Made by a program: the position numbers and the translations under genes. DNA of 63,861 nucleotides, counting the filler, from Choristocarpus tenellus KU-1152 (lineage: Eukaryota > Protista > Phaeophyceae): NCBI GenBank assembly GCA_964200185.2. It is 13 parts of 13 records of this genome, joined end to end, with 100 filler letters (N's around TTAATTAATTAA, not from the genome) between each part and the next. Parts side by side here need not be neighbours in the genome. Positions count along the whole stretch, not along the records: positions 1 to 4,513 come from CAXNAD020014213.1; positions 4,614 to 7,423 come from CAXNAD020024554.1; positions 7,524 to 12,265 come from CAXNAD020013245.1; positions 12,366 to 19,929 come from CAXNAD020005957.1; 9 more parts are not named here. One strand, given 5' to 3'. Positions 1 to 12,599 of the stretch are shown here, piece after piece; positions within the stretch are counted from its first letter, which is position 1, and every line of letters begins with the position of its first letter. A model generated the notes under the pieces. That model worked only from the letters and a program-made list of their open reading frames with translations. It did no database searches and had not been told where the DNA came from.

Positions 1-2883
1 CAGTGTGGGATAATTCAACAAGTTCCAGTACCGTATACGTATGACACTTGTATACTGTGCAGGGGTGGTGTAGATGTGGTGCTTGCTGCACCACCACAGC
101 TTCATCCAAATAAGCTCACTAAGGGCAGTGTTCATACATATCTACATGTAACTACGCTTGAAAGGCACATGGAAAGCACATGCAGCAAGGGCGCATCGCT
201 CTGTCGTTGTTCTGGGACAAGTATAAAGTGCCTAAGACCACTGTTGCTCGATATAATACAGGTTTCTCTCATCACGATCCCTCGGTTTAAGAGAAAAGCG
301 CTCTTATATAAAATAAGAGAGGGTTTTGCGGTTGACCCCACCCTCTCTTATTTAGGTACACGTTCTGTATTGTTTTGTAAAATTCTCCGAACATTCTCGA
401 TTGTGGTGTTTCTAAACCTTACACATTTTCGTGTGCGTGGTGCGGTGCCATCATAAATACCAATTAAGTAGGATGAGCTCTCTCTAGAGGGGCAGGAGGC
501 TACGGGAGGAAAGGGGCTGTCAAATCCCGTCTACGACAGATAATATCTGTCACAACCAAATACCTTTATCTAGGCGTGTCATGCTTTATAAGCGGGAGAC
601 ATCAGGGAGATGGGCAAGGAGGGGCTTGTTAGATTCTGGGGATGCTTCCCTAGCTCCTCATCCTGGGGTGCAGGACTAAGCTAGGTTGGAGTCACAAGAG
701 GGCAGTGATGTAGCATAGCTGTTAGTAAAATAGTAAATACTCGGAGTAGATGATATAAAAACGTCCTTCACATTTAGGACAACTGTTACTTTTTCAGGGG
801 TTCGGACATTTGAATGATTTTTCATTGTTTTTTCACCTGACACATCTGCAAAATGTCAGAGGGCATAAAAATAAAAATAAAACAGGACATAGGAAAGTGT
901 GCACATTGTATGGTAGTCCAACTATGTAGTTATCAACGGGATTGAATGTGTCGAATTCTTCGCGACGGAAATATGTGCACGATGAACTGCGAATACTAGC
1001 ATTGGTTGTTACCATGGAAAAGGTGTACACTCAGCAGTCATACGTCATAGAGGCATATGAAGAATTTGTCTGATATGTTTGACGAAAGGGATTCAATGAT
1101 TAACAAAAATGTGTGCGTTATTTCGTCCGATGCAAGAGAGTCATATTCAGGATTTTTCTGATGTGATTGACGAACCTAAAGTAGGGTATATCCTCGAACA
1201 TGTTCAAGGTAAATGGGCAAACGTGCTCCTCGCGTCGGTCAATGGAGGGAGGGGGTGAATTTTGATATTACAGATTTCAGTGTATCCGTTACATCTACTC
1301 TAACCTCACGTTGCACACCGCTTTCCTATTTTCACCATGTTATGTGAGAATTTTTTTTTCACATTTTTCGATTCCTAAAAAAGGAAGAATCTAACCTCAA
1401 TGCCGAATCTTATTCCTCGCTCGAAACTGCCTTCATTCCATCATACCTGACATGAAACCAACCCCAACGTGAAGTATTATTTTCATATGTATTAAAAAGA
1501 CAAGATATACGAAGAAGAAACTGTCTGTTAAACTCACCCCATCTCGAGAGCCATTCCCTCATTCACTCACATAAGGAGCAATCAAGCAAGCCGAACATCT
1601 AAGCAATTTCCAGCCTTATTTACGAGAAGGACAAGAACCATCGCGCCTTACATGTGGGATGGCCACCCGACAGCCATTTCGAGACCTGACCAACACAGGG
1701 GATGAACCAGCAGACTCCCAAGGCATCCACCCCGCAATACCCAAAAGATACACCTCAGTCCCCATCACCAGTTCACATAAGCCCATGTAATCGAGGCCCC
1801 CTCGAAAATGTGGCAATCATCAGGGAGTAATGCATACGAAACAAGCAAAGAAAGGTAACTATTTCAAAGCAGTTGTGCCTCTGCCATTGATGATTCATCT
1901 TCAGGCAGTATTCCCATTGGAGTGATAAACACAAGGTAGAAAAAGGAGAGGTGGCATTCACAGGGTCATAAGGAGATCAACTGAGGAAGGACGTGGTGCT
2001 TACAACTTTCAAGGTTGCAGAGCAAAGCGGCAAAAGAAGGGATAGGAGGCTTTGAGGTTGCTTTAGCAATTAATGCAATGCTGCACAGATCTACTACTTG
2101 AAACTCCGCTAATGGCCTGTAGGGATGGTGCATAGTGAAACGAGGAATTATACGAGGTTTATTCCGAGGAAAATAGCAAGGGAATATGAGTGAAACTAGG
2201 GAGCTTGGCCTGCGTAGGACCGGAGGAGGAATTGAGATGGAGCAATAATGGTGACCAATGGTATCTGAATTGGTGATAGAAATGGAGGGGGCATAAATGT
2301 CATGGTCACTTACGATGTAAATTAGGACCAAGAGGGGTCCAGTGTGGGTGTCAAGAGGTCTGGCAGAGAGTACTAGTGACTAGATGCAGCCGGGGCAACA
2401 GGTGAAAGTGTGAACTAGATACAGGCACCAACTCAAATGGGAGGTCAAACTCTGGTGGGGTAGATGCGTCTTCTAGTTCAAAGGCATGGTGTGGGGAGGA
2501 TTTGTACAGGAGTGGATTCAAGGAAAGTAGTTGTATTGATTTGGAAGTGGGTATGCGGAAATCGGCAACATTGGTTGTTGAGTAGATGACAGTAGAGGAA
2601 ATTAGGCGAGTAGTTGGTGTGATAACAAGGGTGGTTCTTATGATGGTGGGATATCAGACCCAAACCAACTAAGAGGTAGGCAGGTTTTGACCTTTTTGCA
2701 TTCTCGGCCATCTCTCTTAACATTTGCAATACACTCTAATTCAATGCTTTATGTGCACATCGGTGTAATCAAAATTGATATTCCTCCTTTCTACACAAAA
2801 AACGACACCACAATTCAGCAAAGTTTCTTTCTGGAATTGCACAAAATGGCATCATTTGTACTTTCTCAGGATCCTTAGAATGC

Positions 2884-4200
2884 AATCCTCCCCCCCTCAC
2901 CTGGTTTGACTTATCCGTTGAGAAGTGGAGTGGATGTTAAGGCTAAGATGGGGCAAACTAATTAATCCAGAAATCCCGAGCAAAGCAAAAAGTCTATAGC
3001 CGAGTTTTCTCTTTTGTTAACCCATGATTGTAGAGGATCTCTCACAATGATATTGGCGTACCTATAGAGCTCTGGGGTGCCTAAGATACATATACCTGCT
3101 AATCTGTCGCAGAATAGAGGTAGGATGTGGTGTCATTGCTCTGGTGACGTGTGTGTGCTGTTCATCGATCTTCATGTGTTTGACCACTACACTGCCCCAA
3201 CACAACTCATCATGCATCTAGTGGGTAAAAGTTTGACCTACTCAATTCATTTTCGACTGCGGACAGTAGACATACCGTCTCATATACCCAGAAACGATTA
3301 CAGCAACAAGGTTTACATAATTTTATGAATAACTTCAACGATTGTGTCCTGGTTCCTCAGTGTGGAAACACCATTACATTATTCAAGTGTCCGACTGAAG
3401 GGGTAATTGAAGTTTTTTTTTCCCATTCCTTTCCTTTGATTTCAAATATATATATATGATAATGGGCACAACCATGACTAAGGTGCCTTCTGATAGGTAG
3501 GCAGGTGCTTAGCCCAACAAATCTGTGGGAGTATAGAGGTATACAGGAGGACTTTACCACTACTTGTAGTTGGAGTGGGAACATGGTTGTTCAAAACTGG
3601 TAGACTGTTGATGCAGACTCTTGACGCGAGCACTGCACTCCCAGATACTTGGATCCCTCGACCAGAATGCATCTATTCTATTGCTGAGAAGTATGCAGGT
3701 TTCTCAGCCCCACAGGAACATCCATGCAGTACAGTACAGTGCTTGTCATTTGTGCCACAGTGAGGACCAAGAGCATGTCCTTCTATGAACAAAGACAGCC
3801 CCCACCATTTCCACATTCCTCCAGAGCAGTGCATATCATACTTTATTGTAACAATCAAGCCTAACAAACCCAAATACACCCACCCACCATTAGCACAAGC
3901 ACCATAGCTGGGAGGAGACCGCTGAATAGGTAGTTACCCATGTCAGGAATCTGCCAAAACAATTTCAGGTAAGTGCCCGTATAAGACCTCAACCATCTGT
4001 CCTTATTGATCACTACTGTTGTTAACTCTATCCTTCTTGCTTCCACTCAGTCAGCTGTTCGGTCACTTCCATCCATCCCCAAAGAGTACCCTTTTGCAAT
4101 TGGAGGGAGACGCCATTCACATTTTGAATAGTTGGTTGGAGGGGCCTCCTGTAGTTGAGGTGCAAAACGTTGCCTGACTGGAAGTGTTCTTTCTCCACCC
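2884..4200 (-). mobile_element. Degenerate Ty1/Copia RT-RNaseH relic with polypurine tract
   Basis: Frameshifted motifs in Copia order on the minus strand: IAKGYS (~LVAKGYSQ), SPPSYG..LGLLGL (~LPPG..LYGL), LYCMD (~YVDD), GSKYLG, QYH.VRD (~HIDVQYHFVRD). They are followed by the PPT-like GGTGAGGGGGGAGGATTG at ~2884-2902. Confidence 0.5.
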
Positions 4201-4513
4201 AGGCCATCTCTTTGTTGACTGTTTACTATTCCTCCAGATCCAGACCCAGCTTTGCGTTGGAGCCTGGTTGATATGTCGCCAATCCCACTTACCCGGCACA
4301 TGCTTGAGGATCCGTTGACAGCATAGTAGGCACCACCTGCACACCCTTCTTGTCCGTTAATACTGCTAAGTGTACCTCCCAATCCATCGCCTACGAAACC
4401 GCATGCCCCCCTGCCTCCAATTTCAGGCATGTTCTGGCCTCCCCTCCCCCCCCCCCCACCCGCTCCGCCGACCCTGGCCCAGCGCATCATCGCTGACCAT
4501 CCCGAGTACGATC

Positions 4514-4613
4514 NNNNNNNNNNNNNNNNNNNNNNNNNNNNNNNNNNNNNNNNNNNNTTAATTAATTAANNNNNNNNNNNNNNNNNNNNNNNNNNNNNNN
4601 NNNNNNNNNNNNN
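4514..4613. other. Artificial contig linker N44-TTAATTAATTAA-N44 (first of 12)
   Basis: Identical 100-bp spacer with stop codons in all six frames at 4514, 7424, 12266, 19930, 22792, 26962, 32690, 36842, 43301, 46934, 51675 and 54609. Separate 10-N scaffold gaps occur at 18691, 44513 and 51230. Confidence 0.98.
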
Positions 4614-5261
4614 CGGGCGGGGGGTGCGTTGGGCCGGGGGCGGGGGGGGGGGGGGGGGGGGGGGGGGGGTGGCGGTTGAGTATCTACTGTGGACGTGTTT
4701 CTAGCGACATGAGTCGTGGCAAAGCGCTATGGCATTATATTTCGACCGCATGCAGCCAGCTGGGATCGCTGTGCATGAGGGGATATGGTATGTATGGGCC
4801 TGGAGTCAGGTCAGAGGTATAGAAATTGGTAGTGTCTCCCGTTTTTTAGCACTACCGAGTGACCCATGACGCTTTCACTTGTGCAGTACGTGTGTGTATA
4901 TATCATGCTCCTGACGTCGGGTGGATGGCAGGCAGAGGGGCTTAGATGGTCCTCTGTAAGCGGAGGGGGGAGAGTGGAGCAACAAGCGGAGAGATGGTTG
5001 AAGTCAGAGCGTTAGAGACGATGCATGAATGGAGGCAGTGTAAATAGTTCTATATCGTAGTGCAAGTGGTAGCTTGCAGCAGATATTACAGGTGGTGCAT
5101 TTGTTACAAAACGCTCAGCACGATGGGATATGTAGGTCCAATACACAAGTCTCGAGGGTGAACATGAGGCTTGCAGAGGGTACTTTAATACAAGTGTTGT
5201 CAAGTTTGCTGGATTTCTCCCTTGGAGTATTCACCTTACTGCTTTGATTGGATATATAAGA

Positions 5262-5520
5262 GAGCCAGAGTATCTTAGAGGGTAGAAGACGCGTCCATTT
5301 GGGGGTCAAAAGCCAATGTTGCAATTTCATTTTGATTTTGGATATCGTGTTTGTTAGAAAGTGTAAATATTCATGTTCCGGACACACGTTTTCATAACGT
5401 ACACATTTTACCTACTCCGAAACCTTTTGGAGTAGGAAAATGTCATAAAAAACCTGTTGGAAGCCAAGGTTTAAATGGACAAACAGGGCAAAACTCGTAC
5501 TCTCTAAGATACTTTCACTC
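5262..5520 (+). mobile_element. MITE family A (259 bp)
   Basis: TIR GAGCCAGAGTATCTTAGAGGGTA ... TACTCTCTAAGATACTTTCACTC, flanked by AGA/AGA. Homologous copies at 5581, 57515 and 63493. Confidence 0.85.
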
Positions 5521-5580
5521 AGAAGGACTGAATAAACATGTATGACCACCAATACCTGGTATCACAATGACTAGAAAATA

Positions 5581-5839
5581 GAGTGAAAGTGTCTTTGAGG
5601 GTACGAGTTTTGCCTTGTTTGTCTATTTGGGGCTCGGTTTCCCAAAGGGTTTTTTATGACATTTTCCTACTCCGAAATGTTTTAAAGTAGGAAAAACGTA
5701 TACGTTATGAAAAGGTGCGTCCGGAACAAGGATATTGATACTTCCGAACAAACACGATAGCCAAAATTACACCAAAATCGCAACATGGTGTTTGGACCCC
5801 CAAACGGACGCGACTCTACCCTCTAAGATACTTTGACTC
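5581..5839 (-). mobile_element. MITE family A, inverted copy (259 bp)
   Basis: Reverse-complement homolog of 5262-5520 with TIRs GAGTGAAAGTGTCTTTGAGGGTA / TACCCTCTAAGATACTTTGACTC, flanked by ATA/ATA. Confidence 0.85.
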
Positions 5840-6169
5840 ATAGGTTACATTATTAGAGTCAAGGCGTACAATATATTAAACCTAGGACTTCAAGATCATA
5901 TCGGCGTTTATGAAACCGCCATTAAGATACATCGCCTGTGACACATTGCATAGTACCTCTGACCGTTGGACGGCTTGGTCCTGAAGCGAAGGTGACAAAT
6001 GGTAGTCATCATCACCAATACATCATCATCATTCTAGTTCGCCGGACCTCCTAGAATAATGTATGGGAGGCGCTGTTGTGAGCAGTACATAGTCTAATAC
6101 GGCATTTCTAATGTTCTGCAACATTTCTTCTTCCTCCACAGTGGAAATATCATCACCAGAATGTGTTAT

Positions 6170-6665
6170 TGGTCTTAAAAAGAGTAAAGACCTCATGTTA
6201 CAGGCAAATAGCTCGAGCGTTTCTTTCTGCGTGCCAAAATGTGCAAACAGTATACGTACGTAAGAATTCATATAAGAGGAACTTTGAATTGATAGAAGAT
6301 GCAGATTAAGATTCGAAATGCATACATAATCCTACAGAATAGATGTCAATTCCTGAAAGTTGTAGAATAAAGACTTATGATTGGAGTATTTACACGGCAG
6401 TTTGCAGGTTTCATTTAACTCTTTGGCTGTAGAAAAACAGAGAATGATGTTAATAAGAGACTGAGTTGGTGACCACACGACTCAATTCTTTGATCCTTAC
6501 CCTCTTTTGATAAAGCGAGAAGCAAGACATTGACTGAGCTAATCATCAACTGACACCATACATGGTCATCATCTGTGAACCCCCGCGTAGCGTCGTTTTA
6601 AGGTCATTGGATTTGAGTTGCATATCCTGCGGAGGTGAGCTCTGGGGGGCACGCTGTATCATGGA
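6170..6665 (-). repeat. Dispersed repeat, homologous to 23260-23810
   Basis: Collinear reverse-complement blocks, e.g. CGTTTTAAGGTC(A/G)TTGGATTTGAGTT...GGAGGTGAG(C/T)TCTGGGG and CCAATCATAA..CTTTATTCT.CAACTT. Confidence 0.7.
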
Positions 6666-7203
6666 GGTCCTACCGCCTCTTGTCAAACTGGAGAGAATAC
6701 TCTGTATTCACCTCAACACTTAGGATTCTTTGTAGCTTCCTACATCCGCCTGGATTCTTTTCTTTTCCCACCTGGGTTTGTGATCCTCATTCGGCGTCTG
6801 AGGGGTTTCCTTCTTCCTGGCCTCGTCGTCTCCGTGGGTGTGATGGCATCTGTGGCTCCGAGGGAACCATAATTCTTCATTGTTGTACAACGAGTGGTCT
6901 CTGACCGTGACATGATCCACCTATAGTCGTGAACGAGTGGTTTTTGACCACCATGGTATAGACGTTGCCTAGGTAGTTCTTCCTTGCCATTCGTATACTC
7001 ACATTCCCGATCTGTTTTTCGTTTGTCACGCTGTTTTTTTGTTTCACAGGTTTCGCTGGGAATCAGTGATTCGGATATGTTCCTGCCCAGGGCCAGACTT
7101 TGCGAGAACTCTTGCAGCAGTCGTGACGGCTTATGCATCGCGCCCACGCATCAATAAATTCACCCCTTTCCACATCGAGCTCCTCGAAAACTCTCGTCTG
7201 ACT

Positions 7204-7253
7204 GAGTGAAAGTATCTTAGAGAGTACGAGTTTTGCCCTGTTTGTCAATTTAA
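7204..7253 (-). mobile_element. MITE family A terminal fragment
   Basis: GAGTGAAAGTATCTTAGAGAGTACGAGTTTTGCCCTGTTTGTC matches the family A end. Confidence 0.75.
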
Positions 7254-7523
7254 CAGTGGATTTTAAAAATTGAGGATGGAGAGTACTATTGAGGATGGCT
7301 TTGACCGAAAATGATGCGGAAAAAGTGCTGATATGTTTTTTGGTAAATGTTGCGGCACTTTTTAAGGGCCCCTTTTTGAATGGAATATATTTTTGTTCAT
7401 AACTATTTCGATGCTTGTGGAGGNNNNNNNNNNNNNNNNNNNNNNNNNNNNNNNNNNNNNNNNNNNNTTAATTAATTAANNNNNNNNNNNNNNNNNNNNN
7501 NNNNNNNNNNNNNNNNNNNNNNN

Positions 7524-7579
7524 CAAATGGCCACCACCCGGGGGTAGACCCCCCCCCCCCCCTCCAGATACTTTGGGTC
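7524..7579 (+). mobile_element. MITE family B right end (poly-C TIR) at contig start
   Basis: GTAGACCCC...CCAGATACTTTGGGTC matches the right end of the full copy 58473-58658. A similar end lies at 12366-12394. Confidence 0.75.
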
Positions 7580-7774
7580 GTTTTCACAAGTATTGAAGTG
7601 AGAGTATGCCCACTTCATTGGTCTAGTTAGTGTAAGAGTTGGTTAAAGTCGAAGAACTAGTAGTTACCTAAAATGATCCACGAGAACACTGGATATAGGA
7701 TCCACGAAATGATTTGATTCCTTTAGCATAGAGTGCGTAACAAGATTGAGTGATGAAACAAATCTCATGTAAAC

Positions 7775-7775
<1 letters not shown>

Positions 7776-7811
<36 letters not shown>
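7776..7811. repeat. (CA)n microsatellite
   Basis: Direct run of CA dinucleotides; another occurs at ~45922-45949. Confidence 0.95.
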
Positions 7812-7816
<5 letters not shown>

Positions 7817-7851
7817 TGCCTCCTTACTGCCCCTCCCTTGAAGGACCGTGT

Positions 7852-8412
7852 GGAAGGGGGAGACATGGAGAGTTGTCTTTTTCACAGAGACGAAGCGCCA
7901 GAAGAGCATTTTCATGATGAGGCCGCCTTTCTTCAACCCACCCCCATGGCGACTGCTTGCTCCAAAACAGACTTGGCCGCAAGACTCTTTGTGTCCAATG
8001 CCAAGCGGTGGACAGTCTCAAACGATCCTGCCCCAAGGACCTTGTGGTCGCACGAAATGTTTTCTGTTGAAGTTACCAACTGGGCAAGAGGTCGAAGAAG
8101 GCCCTGAAGAAAGGCTGTGTCCTCATGAAAGCGCTTTTTTGGCGCTTCATCTCTGCGAAGACAACTCTCCATGCCTCCCCTTCTTCGACCTCTTGCACAG
8201 TCTGTGGGTGTTTTCAACGGCAAACCTTGCTCATGACCACAAGATCCTTGGGACAGGATCTTTTAGGATTGTCCACCACTTGACATCGAACATGGAGAGG
8301 CCTGAGGTCAAATCTGTTGCTGTGTAAGCAGTCACCATGGGGATGGAATATGGCTTGATGGCGAAGGATGAGCATGGAGTGGCCTCTGTGGCCTTGAAAA
8401 CAATAATGAAGG
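7852..8412. pseudogene. Protein-kinase-like fragments with nested inverted duplication
   Basis: Minus strand HKVLGAGSFETVHRLALDTKSLAAKSV and plus strand HKILGTGSFRIVHHLTSNMERPEVKSV resemble kinase subdomains I-II (GxGxFGxV...AxK). A stop codon is present, and a GTGAGT donor lies at ~8412. Confidence 0.45.
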
Positions 8413-10429
8413 TGAGTTCTAGCACCAGACTGTTCTCTGAATAGGGTGGTTGTGGGGGAGTGAGGGGTTGAGTTTTCAGCAATCCCAGTGATTAGTGCTG
8501 TGGTGTCTCATCCCCTTCACAATGATTCACCAATAGTATAAAGTGAAGTGCCAGCCTATTGTTCTGTTGAATCCATTGTTGCGCTCAATTTTTCATCTTC
8601 TGTTTGGGTAGCATTGAACACATTTCAAGATGTCATTTGTAACATTGAATTCAGCCTAAGGTGCCTCATATTATTATTGAGGCCCAAAGGATATATTTTT
8701 TGGAGATGCTATGTCACTAATGACAACTGACTGCCAACACCCCCTCCCTCCGCGCCATTTGCTCCTGCAGGATGACTCCCTATCAGTGGCTAGCGCCACT
8801 TCTGGGATTAAGCTGCACAGCTGGTGGGTGCTTGTTCTTGGTGCCCTTGTGTCTAGAGATGCCATGATCCTCCCAATTCGCCCCTGGGGGTAGGAACTAC
8901 TTAGTAGCAGAACAATTTCAGTTGATGGAGGTACTGCTTTGGCCTTTCCCTCCAATAGTTTCCCCACTCTCCTTTTTTGAGAAAAGGAGATCGTGGTGCC
9001 GCAGCCCAAATAGCTGTGATGCAATGTTCCTTGCACCTTGTTGCAAGTGAAACATCATTGCGCCCAACCACAACCTAATGTTGTGCGGCTAACCCTCCAC
9101 ACTGCAGCCTCCTTGTCTCACAGGGTGCCATGCCAATGTTGTTCAATTGCAGCCATTCAGCACGATGTACAAGAGTGTACCAATGCTTCTTGAGACTGAG
9201 AGTGAGACAGTGTGGAACTACTTCAGTATGACCTTGTGGCACCTCACACTGACCAAGACCTCCATCACCTGTTGAGGTGAGACTGAGCACTCCTTGTATT
9301 GAATGCAGATTAGGAGGAAAGAAAGGGCCTATGGACACTACTTGCACAAAGTATCCATAGTACGAGGCAGCTTTTCTGACACGTTTTTTTGGGACTGAAG
9401 ATGGTCGATTCTTACATGTACCCTAATCATTTTGGCTGTAGTGGGCAAACTGCCCCGGAGATTGGATCCTGTATGAGGTTGTGGAGACTGTTGTAGGGTG
9501 GACAGGAGTGATTATCTTGACATTGATGTCTGTGATGTGGTGCAAGTCATAGGGTTGAGAAGCAAAGAAGCAACTCGTGTCACTTCTCAAATTATCACAG
9601 TACTAAAATGCTTAGTGCAAAAAGGTCCATTTTGACACCATTTTCAACATGTACCTGATTCTGAAGTGCTTAGTATAATTTTTCAACTCGGTGTTGAAAC
9701 CTTTGTTGTAACAGTCTGTTCTCCGGAGCATATGTCAATGATGATTTGGCAGTTCAAGGCAAAAACTCTCTTAAATGGATTGTTGTCTTGTAAAGGGAGG
9801 GTTAGTCCAACGCAATAAAGCACTTACTCTTTACAATGTAATTAATCAGGTGGTGTCGTCTAGTAAGAACCTTGGTTGGTGATAGCAATAAAGCATGATT
9901 CAATGATGATGTGATGGATTAAACCTGGTCTACTGGGAAGGAGTTTGTTACCTTGTATGAAGGAAGGTATATGATATTTAACTCTGAATATGTATCATCC
10001 TGATGCGTTCAAGTACACATAAAAAGCAAAGGGAACTCAAGGGAGCAAGCTGCGAGTCTGCTCTGTTCTCTAAGGCATTCTCAAACACGGAAGCGGCTGC
10101 CATATCTATGAAAGGATGAACCAAATCGTATCTGTCTAGACACAACTATGATGTGTCACAACTGGTGACATTTACATCTGACGACATTGCTTTGTGTGGG
10201 ATTCAGAAACAGGGAACATCAGCAGAGACAGGTGTACTGCACAAATCTGTGCGTGCACTGTGTTGCTGTATATTTCAGGTGTTGAAGTCTCGGTATATGA
10301 CAGTCATGGTCTGAATGAACATGATTGTGAGGTAGTACCATCACAACCTTGAGAAGATCCTCATCTGCAACTATAAGACAACTGAAGCAACCTATTTTCC
10401 AATACCATTCAAACCGTAAAACTCTCTAT

Positions 10430-11400
10430 ATCCCTATGATTCAAAGACAGAGTCTAAGTATATCTGAGTGTGAAATATACTGTAATGATGTCTAATTATG
10501 CGCTGATTTGGCCACCCCCTGGATGTTGTTCCTTGGGGGTTTGAACAGGACAAGGGTGAGACTAGGGGTGGTGGGGCCATCTGACATTCTAAGTTACGTT
10601 TGTTCTCTCTACTGGACCCTGGACATGTAGCAAACTCTAGGGTTAAGTTCTTTGATGTTTTGACAATAACAGTATCAAGCACCACTCTCTACCACAGTGT
10701 TTTTAGAATCAGGTCGATGATTCTCCCCCCCTCCCTCCGTCCATCCCTTGTTGTATACACAAAGATGTTGGGCAGCTCCACTCAGCTGCAGGAACGGTAG
10801 CATACATGGCTCAGGAGACACTGATTCCTGCTGGTACCATGCTGCAGCCTTCCACTATATCTTCAGCTTATCACTGTGCATTCCGAAAGCTGATGGGTAG
10901 AGGGAGTACCCCTTTGGGGCGAGCAGGTCAGTGATTGTTACAGTTTTGTCTGTAGAGTTTTGTTTTTTCAAGTATGAGTCTGTTTGGGTGTAGGTATGAA
11001 AAGGGAATGGGATTGAGGACTCTGTGGAAGGCTGTCCGGTTTGTTGCACACCTGGATACTCTTTCCCCTTTCACAGAGCATACATGTTCCTGGTCGATCG
11101 GGTGACAGCTGAGACTCTTCATGCGTCTGATTGTAGTATAGTAGCTCATATCCTACATACTTACGCTTGACAAGGTCACACAAAATGTTCCTGTTGCAGG
11201 TGTTAGCCCTGCGGTCAAAGCCACACTGTTGAAACATTTGTATTTTGAGTGTCCGCACCATGTTAATAGCGTAATGAAAATATCGACAAAAAGGAGCCCT
11301 CCCTGCCCAGAGCTGATGGTTTCTAGTTGTCAATGTACAATACATTGTTGGGTTGGGGTGGCACTGTGGGGGTGAATGGGAGTGTGGAGTTGGACAGAGC
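10430..11400 (-). mobile_element. Degenerate non-LTR retrotransposon (LINE) RT relic
   Basis: Ordered degenerate motifs QQCGF..RANT (~EQCGFRPGRST), CDLVKRKYVGYELL (~DLxKAYDxVxxELL), PKGYSLYPSAF (~QGCxLSPxLF) and YLDSV (~YLGS), across frameshifts. Confidence 0.5.
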
Positions 11401-12599
11401 TCCTTTCAGTCAAAATAGTTCCCCTACAGCATTTGCATTTTTGTATCTGTGAGGGCTGTAGGTGTATATTTGATGTGGAGTAGAATGTTGGCATGGTCAT
11501 GTATATTGATGGAGGCTTTGGAGCAACAATATTGGGTATATTGAGGTTGGCTGGGACAGAGCACAAATTTCACCAAATACTATGTTTGTTTTGTCTGGTG
11601 CTCATCCATTCAGTTGCTGCCATCCTCTGCCTGCCGCCTATGCAACATTTGACAGGATATGGTGCTTCTCAGGCAGCAGGAGCTTTACCTCAATGGTGTA
11701 TCATTGTCGAATGAGGAGGTAGCGACCTGGGCAATGAGACCCATTATGGAAAATAGGGTGCAATACAGTCGAAGTGCAAATAGTTTATGATCAACAGTTA
11801 TAGTAGTGTTGTCACATTTGTGGTTAACTGGCTCTTGCTTGGACTCTCATCAAATGTTTGGCACTGTGATATCCGGACTTTGAAGGATGCTATTATTGGG
11901 TAATCTGAAAAGTCTTCGTCCAGAATGTAGTCTGACGAAAGTGAAGATGAGTGTTAAGCCGTTGCAACTTTGCTGAAGCTATGTCTGGACAGTACCATAC
12001 TACAGATCCTCTGATATGAGGAATTTAAGGGAGAATTGTCATGATCAGACCGTGCACAATTTGGCATATGGTGTTAGACCACAGATTTAATCAGTCACAG
12101 AGCACTGAAAAAACTGAACTGCTGCATCTCGCTCTTCAGTGCATCTCACTGCCAAATTGTGTACATTATGACCGTAACAGTTCTCCCTCAGATTCCTTAT
12201 GCCAGAGGAACTGTAGTATGGTGCTGCCCCGACATAGATTCAGCAGGTTTGCTACGGGCCAACACNNNNNNNNNNNNNNNNNNNNNNNNNNNNNNNNNNN
12301 NNNNNNNNNTTAATTAATTAANNNNNNNNNNNNNNNNNNNNNNNNNNNNNNNNNNNNNNNNNNNNCCCCCCCTCTCCCCCCAGATACTTGGGTCGACTCA
12401 AGATTCCAATGTGAAGGAATCTCACTGCTGGACTTATTTTGTCAAATGAGTTCAATCGAACACCTGAACCTAAAATTGTTCCCTGGGACTATCTCATTCA
12501 GAGAAATGATCAGGGTTTCCAACTGAGGGGGAGTGGACAAACCAAGATCTAGAACTCTACTACACAAAGGTTCTGGTAGACATGGTGCCAAATGTTTAG

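Noticed and set aside
4705-4790. PPR-like peptide WQSAMALYFDRMQPAGI
   Set aside because: A single short motif beside low-quality poly-G sequence, with an upstream in-frame stop and no further repeats.
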